A stretch of 28,131 nt of DNA from Chthoniobacteraceae bacterium (lineage in GTDB: Bacteria > Verrucomicrobiota > Verrucomicrobiia > Chthoniobacterales > Chthoniobacteraceae): NCBI GenBank assembly GCA_031409335.1, contig JANNWY010000008.1:1-28131 (forward strand), given 5' to 3'. How positions within the stretch are numbered: the first letter of the stretch is position 1; each line of letters opens with the position of its first letter. Made by a program: the position numbers and the translations under genes. The notes under the pieces are model-generated. The model did not search any database and was not told where the DNA came from. It saw nothing but the letters and a program-made list of their open reading frames with translations. Positions 25,465 to 28,131 of the stretch are shown piece after piece.

Positions 25465-25845
25465 ATGCCGCTCGCCCGCATCCTCATCGCCGCGCTGCTT
25501 TTTCTCGCATGGATGCCCGCGACGAGTTCCTGCCTGTTGGTGGCGGCATTTCCGGGAGATTTTTCGGATTGCTGCCGGGAAGAAAGCGGGGAGGAAAGTT
25601 CGGCGTGCGATCAATGCGTGACGCTGGAGAATGGCTTTCAGCTTTCGCAACTCCAGCAGTTCACGGTGGCTACTCCTGAGTTCGTGGAAAGTGCGTGGTT
25701 GAGCGGGATTCTGCGCACGATGACGCGCGAGGCTTGCGAAGTGCCGCATTGCCCGGCGAGGGAAGCCCCGCCGCCGATAGAACGGCTCTGGACGTTTGTG
25801 GCCCGCACGGCGCTCCCGGTGCGCGGGCCTTCGCTCGCAGCTTAA
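25465..25845 (+). CDS. Cys-rich leader protein upstream of the metal efflux operon (DUF2946/CzcI-like architecture)
   Basis: N-terminal hydrophobic segment, then C, CC, CDQC and CEVPHC, and a Pro/Arg-rich C-terminus WTFVARTALPVRGPSLAA. Confidence 0.75.
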   Translation: MPLARILIAALLFLAWMPATSSCLLVAAFPGDFSDCCREESGEESSACDQCVTLENGFQLSQLQQFTVATPEFVESAWLSGILRTMTREACEVPHCPAREAPPPIERLWTFVARTALPVRGPSLAA

Positions 25846-25908
25846 ACAGCCGCCCGCCCGGGTTGGCTGTCTCGCCCTCGCGGCGCGCTTTCGCGCGTCC
25901 GCGGCTGT
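25846..25908 (+). promoter_or_regulatory. Alternative RNA hairpins in the leader-czcC spacer
   Basis: ACAGCCGC (25846-53) can pair with GGCTGT (25865-70) or GCGGCTGT (25901-08). The latter overlaps the hairpin CGCGG-CGCGC-tttc-GCGCG-t-CCGCG (25879-25903). Confidence 0.45.
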
Positions 25909-25932
25909 CCCCATTTTGTCCTCATCCTTTCC

Positions 25933-27165
25933 ATGAAATTCCTACTCATCCTTTTCCTCCTCCTGCCGCTCGCGCCGCTCGGTGCCGCCGAAGCGGTGCG
26001 GCTCGACGCGCTCGTCGCGCAGGCGCTCGCGGAGAATCCCGAACTCAAATTTTACGAAGCCGAGATCGACGCGGCGAAGGGCGGGCGGCGCGCGGCGGGC
26101 GCTTGGGCGAATCCCGACGTCTCCGGCGAAGTCGGGCGCAAGCGGGTGCGCGGCGATGTCTCCGCCGAAGGCACGGCGTGGGCGGTGTCGGTGCAGCAGA
26201 GCTTTGAATGGCCGGGGCGCGTGTCATTGCGCAAGGCGATCGCGGATCGGCAGGTGCAATTTGCCGAGGCGGGGCTGGGGCAATTCCGCGCGGCGCTCGC
26301 GGCGCAGGTCCGGCACAAGGGCTACGCGCTTTTTGCCGCGCAGCGGCGCGAGACGGCGGCGGGCGAAATCGCGGCGCGCGGCGAGGAACTGGTCGCCACC
26401 ATCGTGCAACGCGAGCCAGCGGGCGTGGCACCGCTGGTGGAGATGCGCGCGATCGAGGCGGCGGTCATCACGCAACGCCGGGCGGCGAGCGAAGCGGCGC
26501 ACGAAGCGCTGGAGGCGTTGTTTGAACTAAACCAATTGCGCGGGCGGCCCATCGGCGAGCGCTTGCTCATCCTCGAAAGCGCGTCGAATTTCCTCGAGCT
26601 GCCTGCGGTCGAGGAACTGATCCGCCGGGCGGCGGCGGGGAATTTTGAATTGCGGCAACGCGGGATCGAACTCGCGCAGCAGGGCTTCAAAGTGCGGCTC
26701 AGCGAAAACGAAGCGTGGCCGGGCATCACGCTGGGTTCGCAATTCTCGACGGAGAAGGCGGGCGAAAAGGAAACGGTCGCGGGCGTGTCGATCTCGCTGC
26801 CGCTGCCGCTGTGGAATCGCAACGCGGGCAACATCGCGGCGGCGAAGGCGCGCGAGTTGCAGGCGCAGACTTCACTCCGGCTCATGCAGCGCGACATCGA
26901 GCGGAAGCTGCGCACGCACGCTGCGGATTACGCGCTGCATCGAAAGGAAATGGCGCGTTGGAATCCGAAAGTCGCAGAGCAACTGCGCGAAGCGGCGACG
27001 CTCGCCGACCGGCATTACCGGCTCGGGGCGGTGCCGCTCGCCACTTACCTCGAAGTGCAATCGAGCTACCTCGAAGCCCTCGAAGCCATCTACGCGACGC
27101 AAGCCGACGCGCTCAACGCGCTCGCCGAAATCGAACTGCTCACCGGAACCAAACTCATCCAATGA
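25933..27165 (+). CDS. czcC: TolC-family outer membrane efflux protein (CzcC-like)
   Basis: Signal peptide; ALAENPEL, WANPDVS, VQQSFEWPGR, VSISLPLPLWNRNAGNI and YRLGAVPLATYLEVQ. Confidence 0.88.
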   Translation: MKFLLILFLLLPLAPLGAAEAVRLDALVAQALAENPELKFYEAEIDAAKGGRRAAGAWANPDVSGEVGRKRVRGDVSAEGTAWAVSVQQSFEWPGRVSLRKAIADRQVQFAEAGLGQFRAALAAQVRHKGYALFAAQRRETAAGEIAARGEELVATIVQREPAGVAPLVEMRAIEAAVITQRRAASEAAHEALEALFELNQLRGRPIGERLLILESASNFLELPAVEELIRRAAAGNFELRQRGIELAQQGFKVRLSENEAWPGITLGSQFSTEKAGEKETVAGVSISLPLPLWNRNAGNIAAAKARELQAQTSLRLMQRDIERKLRTHAADYALHRKEMARWNPKVAEQLREAATLADRHYRLGAVPLATYLEVQSSYLEALEAIYATQADALNALAEIELLTGTKLIQ

Positions 27166-27851
27166 AAACGCTCATCCTCGGCGCCATCGCCCTTCTCACC
27201 GCCCTCACGTTCAGCGGCTGCGGCCCCGCCGACGCCAAGATGCAGGAACAGCCGCCGGAGAATGGCGCGCAGTTCAAAAAGAACACGGGGCTTTCGCTCA
27301 CCGACACGATGAAGAAAGCCATCGCGCTCCAAGTCGCGGAGGTCGGCGAGGAGAAAGTCGCACCGTCCTTCACCGTCGCGCTTTCGGCAGCGGCGAATGA
27401 AATCACCGGCTGGCTCACGGCGGAACAGGCCGCGCTTGTGAAGCCGGGGATGGAGGTCGAACTGCGCGGCAAAGCACCCGGCGTGGTGAAACGAATCGAG
27501 AAATCGCCGTATCAATCGGTGGGGGATTTCGAGGTCGCCGTAGAAACCTCCGCGGCGATGGAAACGGGTGAGCGCATCCTCGCCACCTTTCGCGCCCCTG
27601 CTGGCGAGGCCGTGGCTTCCGTGCCGCGCTCGGCATTGCTCAAGACGGCGGAGGGCAATTTCGTCTATGCGGTGAACGGCGAATACTACGTGCGGACTCC
27701 GGTGAAAGTCGGCGCGATGGGCGACGCACACGCGGAAATCACCGACGGCCTTTACGCGGGCGATCAAATCGTCACGTCGCCCGTGATGTCGCTGTGGCTC
27801 GCGGAACTCCAAGTCCTGCGCGGCGGCAAAGCCTGCACCTGCGGCCTCTGA
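27162..27851 (+). CDS. Short RND periplasmic adaptor (CzcB-like) lipoprotein
   Basis: ATGA overlap with czcC; lipobox FSGC; VPRSALL, FVY, PVKVG and EITDGLYAGDQIVT; 229 aa; ends KACTCGL. Confidence 0.85.
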   Translation: MKTLILGAIALLTALTFSGCGPADAKMQEQPPENGAQFKKNTGLSLTDTMKKAIALQVAEVGEEKVAPSFTVALSAAANEITGWLTAEQAALVKPGMEVELRGKAPGVVKRIEKSPYQSVGDFEVAVETSAAMETGERILATFRAPAGEAVASVPRSALLKTAEGNFVYAVNGEYYVRTPVKVGAMGDAHAEITDGLYAGDQIVTSPVMSLWLAELQVLRGGKACTCGL

Positions 27852-27879
27852 TATGCTGCACCGCCTGCTCGACAACAAA

Positions 27880-27970
27880 GTGGCACAGGCATCCTGCCTG
27901 TGGGGCCAGCGGGCATCCTGCCCGCAGCGGCTACACAACACACGCAATGCAGGCGGGACGCCTGTGCCAC
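27880..27970. repeat. REP/BIME-like palindromic element
   Basis: GTGGCACAGGCATCCTGCCTG (27880-27900) and inverted CAGGCGGGACGCCTGTGCCAC (27950-27970) match at 19/21; internal third unit GCGGGCATCCTGCCCGC (27909-27925). Confidence 0.85.
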
Positions 27971-27974
27971 ACTG

Positions 27975-28131
27975 ATGCCGCACCGACTCATCGAACTCGT
28001 GATGCGGCAACGCGCCGCCGTGCTGCTTGCGACCGTGCTGCTCATCGGCGTCGGCGGGTGGGCGGCGCTGCGGCTACCGATTGACGCCGTGCCGGACATC
28101 ACGAATCCGCAGGTGCAAATCAACACCGCCG
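27975..28131 (+). CDS. czcA: CusA/CzcA family heavy-metal RND permease, partial (N-terminus only)
   Basis: Not in the ORF track; reads MPHRLIELVMRQRAAVLLATVLLIGVGGWAALRLPIDAVPDITNPQVQINTA, containing the HME-RND signature LPIDAVPDIT. Confidence 0.92.
   Translation, partial: MPHRLIELVMRQRAAVLLATVLLIGVGGWAALRLPIDAVPDITNPQVQINTA

Overview
GC-rich bacterial DNA. The gene content (sulfatases, DUF4159, secreted proteins ending in an RFY motif, starts largely lacking Shine-Dalgarno sequences) suggests Verrucomicrobiota/PVC; this is an inference. The left part (1-12 kb) is an accessory secreted-protein region. It holds two sulfatases, a collapsed LamG gene, an AT-richer TPR gene, and two paralogous modular beta-helix proteins bracketed by a ~93% identical direct duplication of a small secreted-protein gene. 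The middle and right parts carry a DUF4159 gene, an alpha/beta-hydrolase, a PotA-like ATPase, a PH-pepF-TPR cluster, an ABC ATPase, an hsdM remnant, a ketosynthase/chain-length-factor-like pair, a GtrA-like gene, PIN-PhoH, DUF456 and the start of a CzcCBA-type metal efflux operon. The best leads are: (1) a Cys-rich leader ORF ending in an RAPP-like motif (RGPS), followed by mutually exclusive hairpins ahead of the efflux operon, a candidate metal-sensing ribosome-stalling switch; (2) a REP-like element at the czcA start with a duplicated N-terminus that keeps translational coupling; (3) a shared C-terminal RFYxxVT module, a possible sorting signal; (4) a 7-bp repeat family found both between genes and in-frame inside a ketosynthase. 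No rRNA, tRNA or CRISPR array was seen.
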